Positions 1 to 10,255 of a stretch of 64,000 bases of DNA are shown piece after piece. The stretch comes from Mobula hypostoma. Its lineage: Eukaryota. The notes under the pieces are model-generated. The model was given only the letters and a program-made list of their open reading frames with translations. It had not been told where the DNA came from and did not search any database. The stretch covers positions 192,202,001 to 192,266,000 of the forward strand of contig NC_086097.1 of assembly GCF_963921235.1 (NCBI RefSeq), read 5' to 3'. A program made the position numbers and the translations under genes. The stretch's first letter is position 1. Each line of letters opens with the position of its first letter.

Positions 1-388
1 TGGTGGGGCCTAATTTGGAGTGTTGTGTGCAGTTCTGGTCACCTAGCCTCAGGGAAGATATTAATAGAATTGTAAGAGTGCAGAGAAAATTTACAAGGAT
101 GTTGCTGGTACTGAAGAATCTGAGTTATGGGGGATCATTAAGTTGGTTAGGAATTTATTTCTTGGAGTGTAGGAGATTGAGGGGAGATTTGACGGAGGTA
201 TACAAAATTATGACGGGTAGAGAAAGGATAAATGTAATCCGGCTTTTTCTACCGAGGATGGGCAAGACTAGAACAGGAGGTCAGATGTAAGGGTGAAAGA
301 TGAAATGTTTAAGGGGAATGTGGGTGGGAGCTGCTTCACTCAGAGTGGTGATAATGTGGAATGAACTGCCCATGGAGATGGTGGATGC
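1..388 (+). mobile_element. CR1 LINE 3' fragment (ORF2 C-terminus), degenerate
   Basis: ORF 3..290 PNLECCVQFWSP...RRLRGDLTEVYKIM matches the CR1 ORF2 C-terminal block repeated across the window. Confidence 0.85.
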
Positions 389-620
389 ATACAAGAGAAA
401 ATCTGCAAATGCTGGAAATCCAAACAACACACATACAAAATGCTGGAGGAACTCAGCATCTATGGAAAAAAGTGCAGTTGACGTTTTGGGCCGAAACCCT
501 TCGGCAGGACTGAAGAAAAAAAGCGCAGGAGTACTTTTGAAAGGTGGGGGGGGGGGTGCGGAAGGAGGGAGGGAGAAATGCCAGGTGATAGGTGAAATTT
601 GGAGGGTGAGGGATGAACTC
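389..620 (-). mobile_element. PLE terminal-repeat fragment with degenerate hammerhead core (476-511)
   Basis: Homologous to the terminal repeat at 23170-23502; minus strand reads agtc-CTGCCGA-agggtttcggccc-AAAA-cgtc-aact. Confidence 0.75.
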
Positions 621-916
621 ACCAATCAACTTCTCAGCTCTTTGCTTCATCCCTCCCCCTCCAAAAATGGAATAAAACATGAGAAGAGATTAACTGGAGA
701 ATGACAATACAAACAAAGAAATGCAAAATGGTGTGAAATGCAGGGATGTAGTGTGCTAACGGGGAAATAAAAACAGAGCCAATGTTATAGATTGATGACT
801 TACAGCAGAATTGGTCCTTCCTGACACCAACAGAGAAAGAAAGTTACTTGAAGGTGTAGAATTCAGTGCTGAGTCCATTCAGCACTGCGTCTGGATATGA
901 AAGAGCGTAATCCTAG

Positions 917-3900
917 AGACATAGAAACATAGAAAACCTACAACACAATACAGGCCCTTCGGCCCACAAAGTTGTGCCAAACATGTCCCTACCTTAGAAA
1001 TTACATGGCTTACCTATAGCCCTCTATTTTTCTAAGCTCCATGTACCTACCAAAAGTCTCTTAAAAGACCCCATCGTATCCACCTCCACCACCATTCCAG
1101 GCAGTCCATTCCACACATTCACCATTCTCTGAGTAAAAAACTCACCCCTGACATCTCCTCTGTACCTGCTCCCCAACAGCTTAAACCTGTGTCCTCTTGT
1201 GGCAACCATTTCAGCCCTGGGAAAAAGCCTCTGACCATCCACACGATCAATACCTTTCATCATCTTATACACCTCTATCAAGTCACCTCTTATCCTCCGT
1301 TGCTCCAAAGAGAAAAAGTCGAGTTCACTCAACCTATTCTCATAAGGCATGCCCCCCAATCGAGACAACATCCTTGTAAATCTCCTCTGCACCCTTTCTA
1401 TGGCTTCCACACCCTTCCTGTAGTGAGATGACCAGAACTGAGCACAGTACTCTAAGTAGGGTCTGACCAGGGTCCTATATAGGTGCAACACTACCTCTTG
1501 GCTCCTAAATTCAATTCCACGATTGATGAAGGCCAATACACCATACGTCTTCTTAACCACAGAGTCAACCTGCCCAGCTGCTTTGAGCGTCCTGTGGACT
1601 CGGACCCCAAGATCCCTCTGATCCTCCACACTACCGAGAGTCTTACTATTAATACTATATTCTGCCATCATATTTGACCTACCCAAAATGAACCACTTCA
1701 CACTTATCTGGGTTGAACTCCATCTGCCACTTCTCAGCCCAGTTTTGCATCCTATCAATGTTCCGCTGTAATCTCTGACAGCCTCCACACTGTCCACAAC
1801 ACCTCCAACCTTCGTGTCACCAGCAAACTTACTAACCCATCCCTTCACTTCCTCATCCAGGTAATTTATAAAAATCACGAAGAGTAAGGGTCCCAGAACA
1901 GATCCCTGAGGCATTCCACTGGAGACTGACCTCCACGCAGAATTTGACCCGTCTACAACCACGCTTTGCCTTCTGTGGGCAAGCCAGTTCTGGATCCACA
2001 GAGCAATGTCCCCTTGGATCCCATGCCTCCTTACTTTCTCAACAAACCTTGCATGGGGTACCTTATTAAATTAGATTAGATTAGATTCAACTTTATTGTC
2101 ATTGTGCCAAGTACAGATACAAAGTCAATGAAATGCAGTTAGCATCTAACCAGAAATGCAAAGAATAGTGTTACTTACAAAATAACTGTGAATAAAAGGT
2201 AAGTGCTACAATACACAAATATAAAAGTACTGTGACAGTACAATATGGGTGCAATACTGCTTAGCGCTGTGATGTGAGGTTCAGCAGGGTCACAGCCTCA
2301 GGGAAGATGCTCTTCCTGTACCTGCTGGTGCGGGAGCGGAGGCTCCTGTAGTGCCTACCAGATGGGAGGAGAGTAAAAAGTCCATGGGTAGGATGAGATG
2401 CATCCTTGTTAATGCTTTTCACCGTGCCCAGGCAGTGTTTATGGTAAATGTTCTCAATGGTGGTAACTGGGTGCTTATAATACGCTGGGCAGTTTTCATC
2501 ACACGCTGGAGTGCTTTGCGGTCCGATACGGGACAATTGCCATACTACACTAAGATGCAGTTGGTGAGTATGCTCTCAATGGTACAGTGGTAAAAGTCTG
2601 TCAGTGTCCTGGGACAGAGGTGAGCTTTCTTGATGCTCTGCAAGAAATAAAGGCGCTGTTGCTGAAATGCCTTGCTGAAATCCATGTACATTACATCTAC
2701 TGCTCTTCCTTCATCAATATGTTTAGTCACATCCTCAAAAAATACAATCAGACTTATAAGGCACAACCTGCCCTTGACAAAGCCATGCTGACTATTCCTA
2801 ATCATATTATACCTCTCCAAATGTTTATAAATCCTGCCTCTCAGGATCTTCTCCATCAAACTACCAGCCACTGAGTTAAGACTCACTGGTCTATAATTTC
2901 CTGGGCTATCTCTACTCCCTTTCTTGAATAAAGGAACAACACCCGCAACCCTCCAATCCTCCGGAACCTCTCCCGTCCCCATTGATGATGCAGAGATTAT
3001 TGCCAGAGGCTCAGCAATCTCCTCCCTCGCCTCCCACAGCAGCCTGGGATACACCTCATCTGGTCCCAGCGACTTATCCAACTTGATGCTTTCAAAAATC
3101 TCCAGCACATCCTTTTCCTTAATATCTATATGCTCAAGCTTTTCAGTCTGCTGCAAACCAACTCTACAATCACCAGGATCCTATTCCATAGTGAATACTG
3201 AAGTAAAGTATTCATTAAGTGCCTCTGCTATTTCCTTCGGTTCCATACACACTTTCCCACTGTCACACTTGATAGGTCCTATTCTTTCATGTCTTATCCT
3301 CTTGCACTTCACATACTTGTAGAATGCCTTGGGGTTTTCCTTAATCCTGCCCGCCAAGGCCTTCTCATGGCCCCTCTGGCTCTCCTAATTTCCTTCTTAA
3401 GCTCCTTCCTATTAGCCTTATAATCTTCTAGATCTCTAACATTACCTAGCTCTCTGAACCTTTTGTAAGCTTTTCTTCTCGACTAGATTTATTACAGTCT
3501 TTGTACACCACTGATCCTGTACCCTACCATAACTTCCCTGTCTCATTGGAATGTACCTATACAGAACTCCACACAAATATCCCCAGAACATTGGCCACAT
3601 TTCTTCCGTACTTTTCCCTGAGAACATGTTTACAATTTAAGCTTCCAATTTCCTGCCTGATAGCCTCATAATTCCCCTTTCTCCAATTAAACATTTTTCT
3701 AACTTTTCTGTTTCTATCTCTCTCCAATGCAATTGTAAAGGAGATAGAATTATGATTACTATCTCCAATATGCTCTCCCAGTGAGAGATCTGACACCTGA
3801 TCAGGTTCATTTCCCAATACCAAATCAAGTACAGCCTCTCCTCTTGTAGGCTTATCTACATATTGTGTCAAGAAACCTTCCTGAATACACCTAACAAGTC

Positions 3901-3990
3901 ACACCATCTAAGCCCCTTGCTCTAGGGAGATGCCAATCGATATTTGGGAAATTAAAATCTCCCATCATGACAACTCTGTTATTATTACAC
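917..3990 (-). mobile_element. CR1 LINE, 5'-truncated ORF2 (endonuclease remnant + RT), disrupted and split by a Rex1 insertion
   Basis: ORFs 3557..3871, 2545..3156 (PGNYRPVSL, QHGF, DFSKAF) and 1024..1962 ([17 protein letters not shown]); 3' octamer tail (acatagaa)n near 919-940. Confidence 0.92.
2072..2664 (-). mobile_element. Rex1/Babar-like LINE 3' fragment inserted in the CR1
   Basis: QQRLYFL...YHCTIESILT and DASHPTHGLFTLLPSGRHYRSLR motifs; AATAAA plus (TCTAA)n tail at 2072-2098; CR1 sequence resumes on both sides. Confidence 0.85.
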
Positions 3991-4864
3991 CTGGCTGATC
4001 AAGCTGATGACTTGAATCAGAATGGTCTTTTCCTGCTATTTCTGTTATATTCAACCACATTGTGGAGAAGTGACCTTGAAAAATATGGAAAAGTTGATTT
4101 GGTGAGAAAGCCTACAGTTAGCATTTCAGGATTTTTAACCTCAGTGTGTTCAATGAATGTACTTGATATCATTCTTTCAGCAAGCTTTTATTTACCATTT
4201 TCTCTGCACTGACTAGTAGCTTGCAAAACTGTAACTCAACTATCATTTCCAACTTAAATTGGCAAATCAATTTCCCAATTAAAGATTTTTCAGTCTTGTC
4301 ATTCTCACTTTTGTAGTCCTTGGCTGTGTGTTTTAATGCTACTATAAGTATGGTGAATTCCCAAAGAACAGCTATCAATCTCTCACTAATTGTCCATATT
4401 TGGAGAAATATTCAAACAACATTTTAGTAGAATTTAACAAAAGAACTGAATTAGTTTAACCTTTGTATCTTTTATTATATCATTGTGAGATATAACATGA
4501 TTAAATATATTTCTTTGCTGCATCATGACTTCTAAGGTGCTAGGCTTGTGATAATTCATGTCTCTTTTATGGAACAAGTTCTGCCACAAAGCTATGAAAA
4601 CTATTAAATACATCACATTCTGTTATTAATTTTGTGAAGGGTTTGAAAAGTGTGAAACTAAACTTGTATCCAGCTCAATTTCCATTTTGATGACCTTCGA
4701 GAATACTTAACAAAAATGTAAGAAAGCCTTTAACAAGATCTAGAATTATAGCTCCTCTTTTATCATTGCTTAAGTAATTCAATGGGTTATCTCTATTTTA
4801 TCTATTTTATATGGTAATCCTTATATTGGCTGTTGTACAATGGAAAGCATGTATTTATGTTTTA

Positions 4865-5110
4865 CTGCTCCACTGTGAAATCTCGTCAAGTGATGCTGAC
4901 CCTGAAGAAGCTTCAATCTTCTCTTTCAAGGGAGTTCGGTGAGACCCTCTCTCACTACTCCCTCTCTGTGATCACTGCTGCCTTCCAACTCTTCAACCAT
5001 GTACTCACCCTGACCTGATCCTTCCTACCCACCTCGCTTCACTTATCAGCTTCTAGCTATCCTCCTTCACCTCCGTCCACCTTTTTTATTCTGGCATCTT
5101 CCCCCTTCAT
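4865..5110 (+). mobile_element. Internally deleted PLE relic (ORF N-terminus joined to 3' terminal repeat)
   Basis: KKLQSSLSREFGETLSHYSLSVITAAFQLFNHVLT aligns by eye to KKFRSSLRREFSETISHCSPSVISSALQLFDHTLT of the PLE ORF near 26600; pyrimidine-rich repeat follows and appears to resume at ~5615-5708. Confidence 0.7.
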
Positions 5111-5540
5111 ATCAGAATCAGGTTTATTAATACCAGCATGTGTTATGAAATTTGTTAACTTAGCAGCAGCAGTTCAATGCAATACATAATATAGAAAACA
5201 AAGTAAACATAAATAAATAAGTAAATCAGTTACAGTATATGTATATTGAATAGATTAAAAATCGTGCAAACACAGAATTAATGGATATTAAACATGTGAG
5301 GTAGTGTTCAAGGGTTCAATGTCCATTTAGAAATGGGATGGCAGAGGGGAAGAAGCTGTTCATGAATCGCTGAGTGAGTGCCTTCAGGCTTCTGTACCTC
5401 CTACCTGATGGTAACAGTGAGAAAAGGGCATGCTCTGGGTGCTGGGTGTCCTTAATAATGGACACTGCCTTTCTGAGGCACTGCTCCTTGAAGGTGTCCT
5501 GGGTACTTTGTAGGCTAGTGCCCAAGATGGAGCTGCATCA
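5111..5540 (-). mobile_element. Rex1/Babar-like LINE 3' fragment
   Basis: ORF 5316..5525 KAVSIIKDTQHPEHALFSLLPSGRRYRSLK; AATAAA and short tandem tail at 5111-5128. Confidence 0.85.
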
Positions 5541-6884
5541 CTGTCTGGTATCGGTGGAGGTGGGGGGGGGGGTCTACTGCATAGGAACAAAAGAAGCTGC
5601 AGAGGGTTAAAAATTTAGTCAGCTCCATCTTGGCACGAAACATTGACTGTTTGTTCCTTTCCGTTGATGCTACCTAAGTTCCTCCAGCACTTTGTGTGTG
5701 TTGCTAGACGGTATAGCTTTAAGGTGAGACATGAAAAATTTAAAAGGGACCTGAAGGGCATCTTCTTCATACAGTGTGGTTCGTATATGGAATGCATTGC
5801 CAGAGGAAATCGTTAAGGTATGCACAATAACAACATTTAAAGTACAGCTGCTGATAGAGCTAACTTTGAAGGGTTCCAAAAGCCTAGCGGATGTTGAATC
5901 TGAAAATCAGCTCTCAAAACTATAAACTGAAAGTTCAGCTCAAACCTTGGCCAAAGTTACAGGGATTTCATGTTGCAGAACCAGTGGAAAAACAAACAGT
6001 GTGGATTTGTAGTCATATAAGTGCATGTGCAAGGAAGAGTTGCACGCTGTTAGAATATCAGTTTTCTGCTTTATATATCAGTCACATAAATAAAACGCTT
6101 ATTCACCACTCTCACTTATTCTTGGACTTTTATTGGCAGCTTCCTTTGGGGCTGTATCAGCTCCATGGTAAAATACAGAAGTCCTTTCATTTATAATTTC
6201 ATAGTACTTTAATCAGCACACATACAGTTGCTGACATCTTGCATCCCCCGCGAGAACAGGCATAATGTTGTGCAACTGTTGTTTATTGTCCTGAAACATT
6301 TACTACTTATCTCTCCCAAGGTGCTGCCTGACTCTCTGGGTATTCCCCACATTCTCTGTTCTTATTTCAGTTTTTCTGCAGCAACCATGTTTGGCTTTTC
6401 ATTTTCATTATGATTGTCTTCTTTGTAAGTAAGTTGCTGGCCCCTTGGAAGTGATTAGTAGTCTTGCTAATGTATTCTGCACTGCCAGTGCAGCATCTTA
6501 TTACACAATGGATAGAAAGATTTAGAAGGCTATGGTTGAAACATGGAAAATAGGACTAGCTTGGATGGACATCTTTGTCGGCATGGACCACTTGGACTGC
6601 TTGGGTCGATTCCTGTGACGTGTGAGTCTGTGATCCTCTCTTTCAATAATTAATGGAAGTATCCCGAAATGAAGAATTTGAAGATGACTGTGACTTGACA
6701 GCTGCTGACAAGGCACATGCATCAGGCACTGATATCAGCTGGTCCAATTCCAGAAGGCTGAAAATGTTAATCTCTATTTGTTGTGAGATCCTAAGCTCCT
6801 AAATTATTGAGGTTCTGACAACTTGAGCAAGCTTAATGGGTGTCCATAGGTTGTCGATGGTGGGTATAGCATTTGCCTCCTTAC

Positions 6885-6951
6885 CTCTCCGATGATCTTC
6901 TCTCGCTTGTGGATCTGTAGCTCTGAGCATCAGGTGTTGATTGTGCAGGTC
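6885..6951 (-). CDS. Candidate host-gene coding exon (67 nt; DLHNQHLMLRATDPQAREDHRR)
   Basis: Minus strand gggtctcAG|...GAG|GTAAGG in non-repetitive sequence; open in the frame set by the 7188-7210 exon. Confidence 0.45.
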
Positions 6952-7187
6952 CTGAGACCCAATGTGACAGAATGTGTTCTAATATTGTAGTTTTGAGCTA
7001 CCAAAGACAAATCTGGTCTCCAAGATATAGAGGATGCTTGCAGGGCACACAAAGTAATCTTCAGCACAAATACTGAATTTAAACCCTGTTTTACTTTCAG
7101 CAGCTGTGAACCCCTATATACAGTATATTATTACATTTTCCTGATCTGGATACGGCCCCTCCCATGGTTTATTTATTCTTGCCTCAC

Positions 7188-7210
7188 TTTAACTGGAAAC
7201 TCCAGAATGT
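7188..7210 (-). CDS. Candidate host-gene microexon (23 nt; (D)ILEFPVK)
   Basis: Minus strand ttttttcatggactttctcAG|...AAA|GTGAGG; only phase-1 entry stays open through this and the next exon. Confidence 0.4.
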
Positions 7211-8654
7211 CTGAGAAAGTCCATGAAAAAAGACATCAACAGTTCAACACCGACATTGCATCACTTTAATTAATCCATTAATGTGCAGAAATTGACTATC
7301 AGGCCTCTTTTGTTAAGTAAATTGCATGCAACCTTACAAGCTGCAATTAAGCATGACACTCCATGGATGACTTTCCTAAGCTCTCATATTGTGATGAGAT
7401 TTCTTCCTCTACCGCTGCACATCTACTTTAAAATTCTCCCATAGATTCTTCTATCCCAGTACAGAAATAGCGACTTGCTTTTCATACTGTTGCAATCAGT
7501 GGAAAAAATATGTGAAAAGCCAAAGAAGGAGTTGGATCAAGCAATGACTGAAATGTTACAGCATGAATAAAGCAGCGAGTTAAAACTGGCTGTGGTTGTC
7601 GAGTTAGATAACAACAAGAGATAGAAGAGCTTTAAAGGGAACAAGATTTAAGACTACATGAGTAACGATAGGAGCAATCTGTGATCTGCTGATTTAAAAA
7701 GCTTCTGAACCCTGTTTGGTTCTTCTTCCTAGAAAAGTGATAAAACCTCTCCCTGGCCAAATATAACATCGGGGAGTTATTCAGTAGAAATTGAAACTGC
7801 AGATGGGATTTCTTTTTGTGATTTGTGATTATCCTTTGGCAGAGAGGTTGAATATGTTTGTCATCTTTGCAGCAATAAGCAGACCTACCGAATCTTTAAT
7901 GAAGCCAGCAACAGATGGCATAGGTCAATAGCAGGCAGTGTGAACATTACTGCATTTGCAGTGAACCTGAGATGTTGGGAACAAGTCATGTCTGATATCA
8001 AAGTGACACGATCTGTACCAAAGGGTGAGGTGCTTTTGAACTTGCACATGTTTTTCTAGTAAGTGTAAGTGTTGATGTCTGGACTTTATAAAGTCATGAT
8101 ATTTTATGTGAGGTCTGAAACTTCTGTTCTGCGATTAACATGTATTTCAAAAGCACTTAGAGGAGCACTTGATTGTGTCTCAACTTTGGATCATGTGTTG
8201 ATAAGTGGGATGAGATAAAATAGACCTGTTTTGGTCAGCATTAATGTGATGGATTTTATGCCATCAAAGTTCTGTGATCATCACTTTGTGTACAAACAAC
8301 AATGAACCAGGACAAAACGTGTCTCACAGATTAGGTGCAAAGCTCTTCCATTAAGGATTCTACTGCTTAGTGGACATTCTGCTTGCATGTAAATTGCAAT
8401 TTGAAATTTTACAAGGTCTCCCTGTGGGCATGGCATATCAAAGCATGAAGGCTCCCGAGCGTACAGATAATGACGTTAGTTGGTACACAATGCACTTTTT
8501 ATGTAACTCTTGCAACTTTTGTATGCACTTGTAGCCCTCAAAAGTCAAAAAGAGTATGCTTGCTGGGAGGAAATAGGTCTAATTGAACAGAAGTTACATG
8601 ACCAAATTTACTTGAGTCATTCTAGGTAGATTTGCTACTTAAGGTTGCCATAAG

Positions 8655-8919
8655 ATAGAACATAAAACATAGAACAGTACGGTTTGGGAACAGACCCTCC
8701 AGCCCAAAATGTTGTGCAGAACTAATTAAATTAGTCATCAAGTGCCCAACTAAACTAATCCCTCCTCACAATGTCTATATCCTTCCATTTCCTGCACATC
8801 CATGTGCCTAGTTAAGAGCCCCCTTGTATGCCTCTATTGTATTTGCCTCCAGTGCAATCCCAGGTGCCAGATTCTAGCACCCAGCACTCTCAGCATGAAG
8901 AAATCTTACCCTACATATC
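8655..8919 (-). mobile_element. Degenerate CR1 3' end; target of the Gypsy insertion
   Basis: catagaacagtac-type tail and 3'UTR similar to 917-1150; similar sequence appears to continue after 12937. Confidence 0.6.
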
Positions 8920-9148
8920 TGTGGTAAGCCATGTATATATGTTGTAACTCGGTTACCTGTCTGGACACACCCCTCTGCTGACTGCCCCTGTGGCTCCTCC
9001 CACAGAGTCCTGTATAAAGGTGTTCACCTTGCCCCTCCCCCTCAGTCCGGGGGCAGACACTCACTGTAGAGGTCGTATTGTACAGCAAATAAAAGCCTTT
9101 CAGTATTTTACCAAACCTCAGTCTTTTGGAGTAATTGAAGGTGCTTCA
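8920..9148 (+). repeat. 5' LTR
   Basis: Direct repeat of 12708-12936 with 7 transitions by eye; TATAAA at 9013-9018, AATAAA at 9088-9093. Confidence 0.95.
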
Positions 9149-9162
9149 ATTTTATTCGCTAT

Positions 9163-9681
9163 ACCGTGGCCGGGTGGATAAAACTCTCCGTGCTGCCTGT
9201 GTCAAACAGGCAGCTTGTCCTGTGCCCCTCCACCAGGATGTCCATCATTGACCTTGTGAGCTGGTGGGGAGCGCTTTGTTTGAGGGTCACGGAAGCCAGG
9301 GTGGGGTCACTGTCTTGGTCCGGCGTGGTGGGGTGCCCCGTGAGCACCCATTGGTTGTAGGCGGTGGGAGGTGGTGCCGACCACGATGGCCGCCCCCATG
9401 TCTCGCACTTGGTGGTGGCGTGCAGGGAAGATGGCTGCAGGCAAGATGGCGACCCCCACGTCTTGCATGCGGCGCTGCTCGATCCTGCTCGCGGTTTGGA
9501 CTTACAGACCTTGGCGAAGTGGCCCTTCTTTCCGCAGCTGGAGCGGGTAGCTTGTCGGGCCAGGCAGCGTTTCCGGGGGTGCTTCTCCAGTCCGCAGAAG
9601 TAGCACTTCGCGGACTCACGACTGGCGGCAGCCGAGGTCGATTCGCCGGCAGGTTGCGGGGTCTGTGGCACCCACGAGGCA
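9163..9681 (-). pseudogene. gag: Inverted gag C-terminus (zinc knuckles) plus duplicated protease start
   Basis: ORF 9159..9671: CYFCGLEKHPRKRC and SSCGKKGHFAKVC knuckles followed by LFDTGSTESF, on the strand opposite pol. Confidence 0.88.
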
Positions 9682-10120
9682 ACTCAACTCTGGCTTCCGT
9701 GACCCTCGACCAAAGCGCTCCCCACCAGCTCGCAAGGTCAATGATGGACATCCTGGTGGAGGGGCACAGGACAAGCTGCCTGTTTGACACAGGCAGCACG
9801 GAGAGTTTTATCCACCCGGCCACGGTGCAGCTTTGTGGACTCATGATACGGCTGGTAAGTCGGAGGGTCACCATGGCCTCCAGGTCGCATACAACAGACA
9901 TCCGGGGGGGTTGTGTAGCGACACTAGTGGTGCAGGGCACAGAATATCGGGACTTTACATTACTGGTCATGCCTCAACTGTGTGCCCCTGTGCTGTTGGG
10001 GTTGGACTTCCAGAGCCACCTGAAAAACATGACAGTGGAGTATGATGGGCCCCTCCTGCCAATTACTGTCATAAATCCCCTGTTTTGTAGAGATAAGTCA
10101 CGTACCCCGCTACTGACCAC
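9682..10120 (+). CDS. Retroviral-type aspartic protease domain of pol, out of frame with RT
   Basis: CLFDTGS and VLLGLDF motifs in ORF 9264..10238; the frame change probably lies at or near the (CA)n tract at ~10118-10132. Confidence 0.85.
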
Positions 10121-10255
10121 ACACACACACACTGACCTGCGCATCCCACCCAACATCATGCCAACTGCCACACTACCGACACCACTTGCGGCCTCTCCAC
10201 CCTCAGGATCCCTCCCCCACCACTGTTCGCCAACCTGACCCCCGACTGTAAACCT

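Noticed and set aside
2545..3156. 203-aa ORF as one protein
   Set aside because: CR1 RT fused to Rex1 sequence at an insertion junction (DFSKAF|QQQRLYFL)
9264..10238. 324-aa ORF as a complete gene
   Set aside because: The first ~140 aa are antisense gag; only the protease part is meaningful and the tail is out of frame
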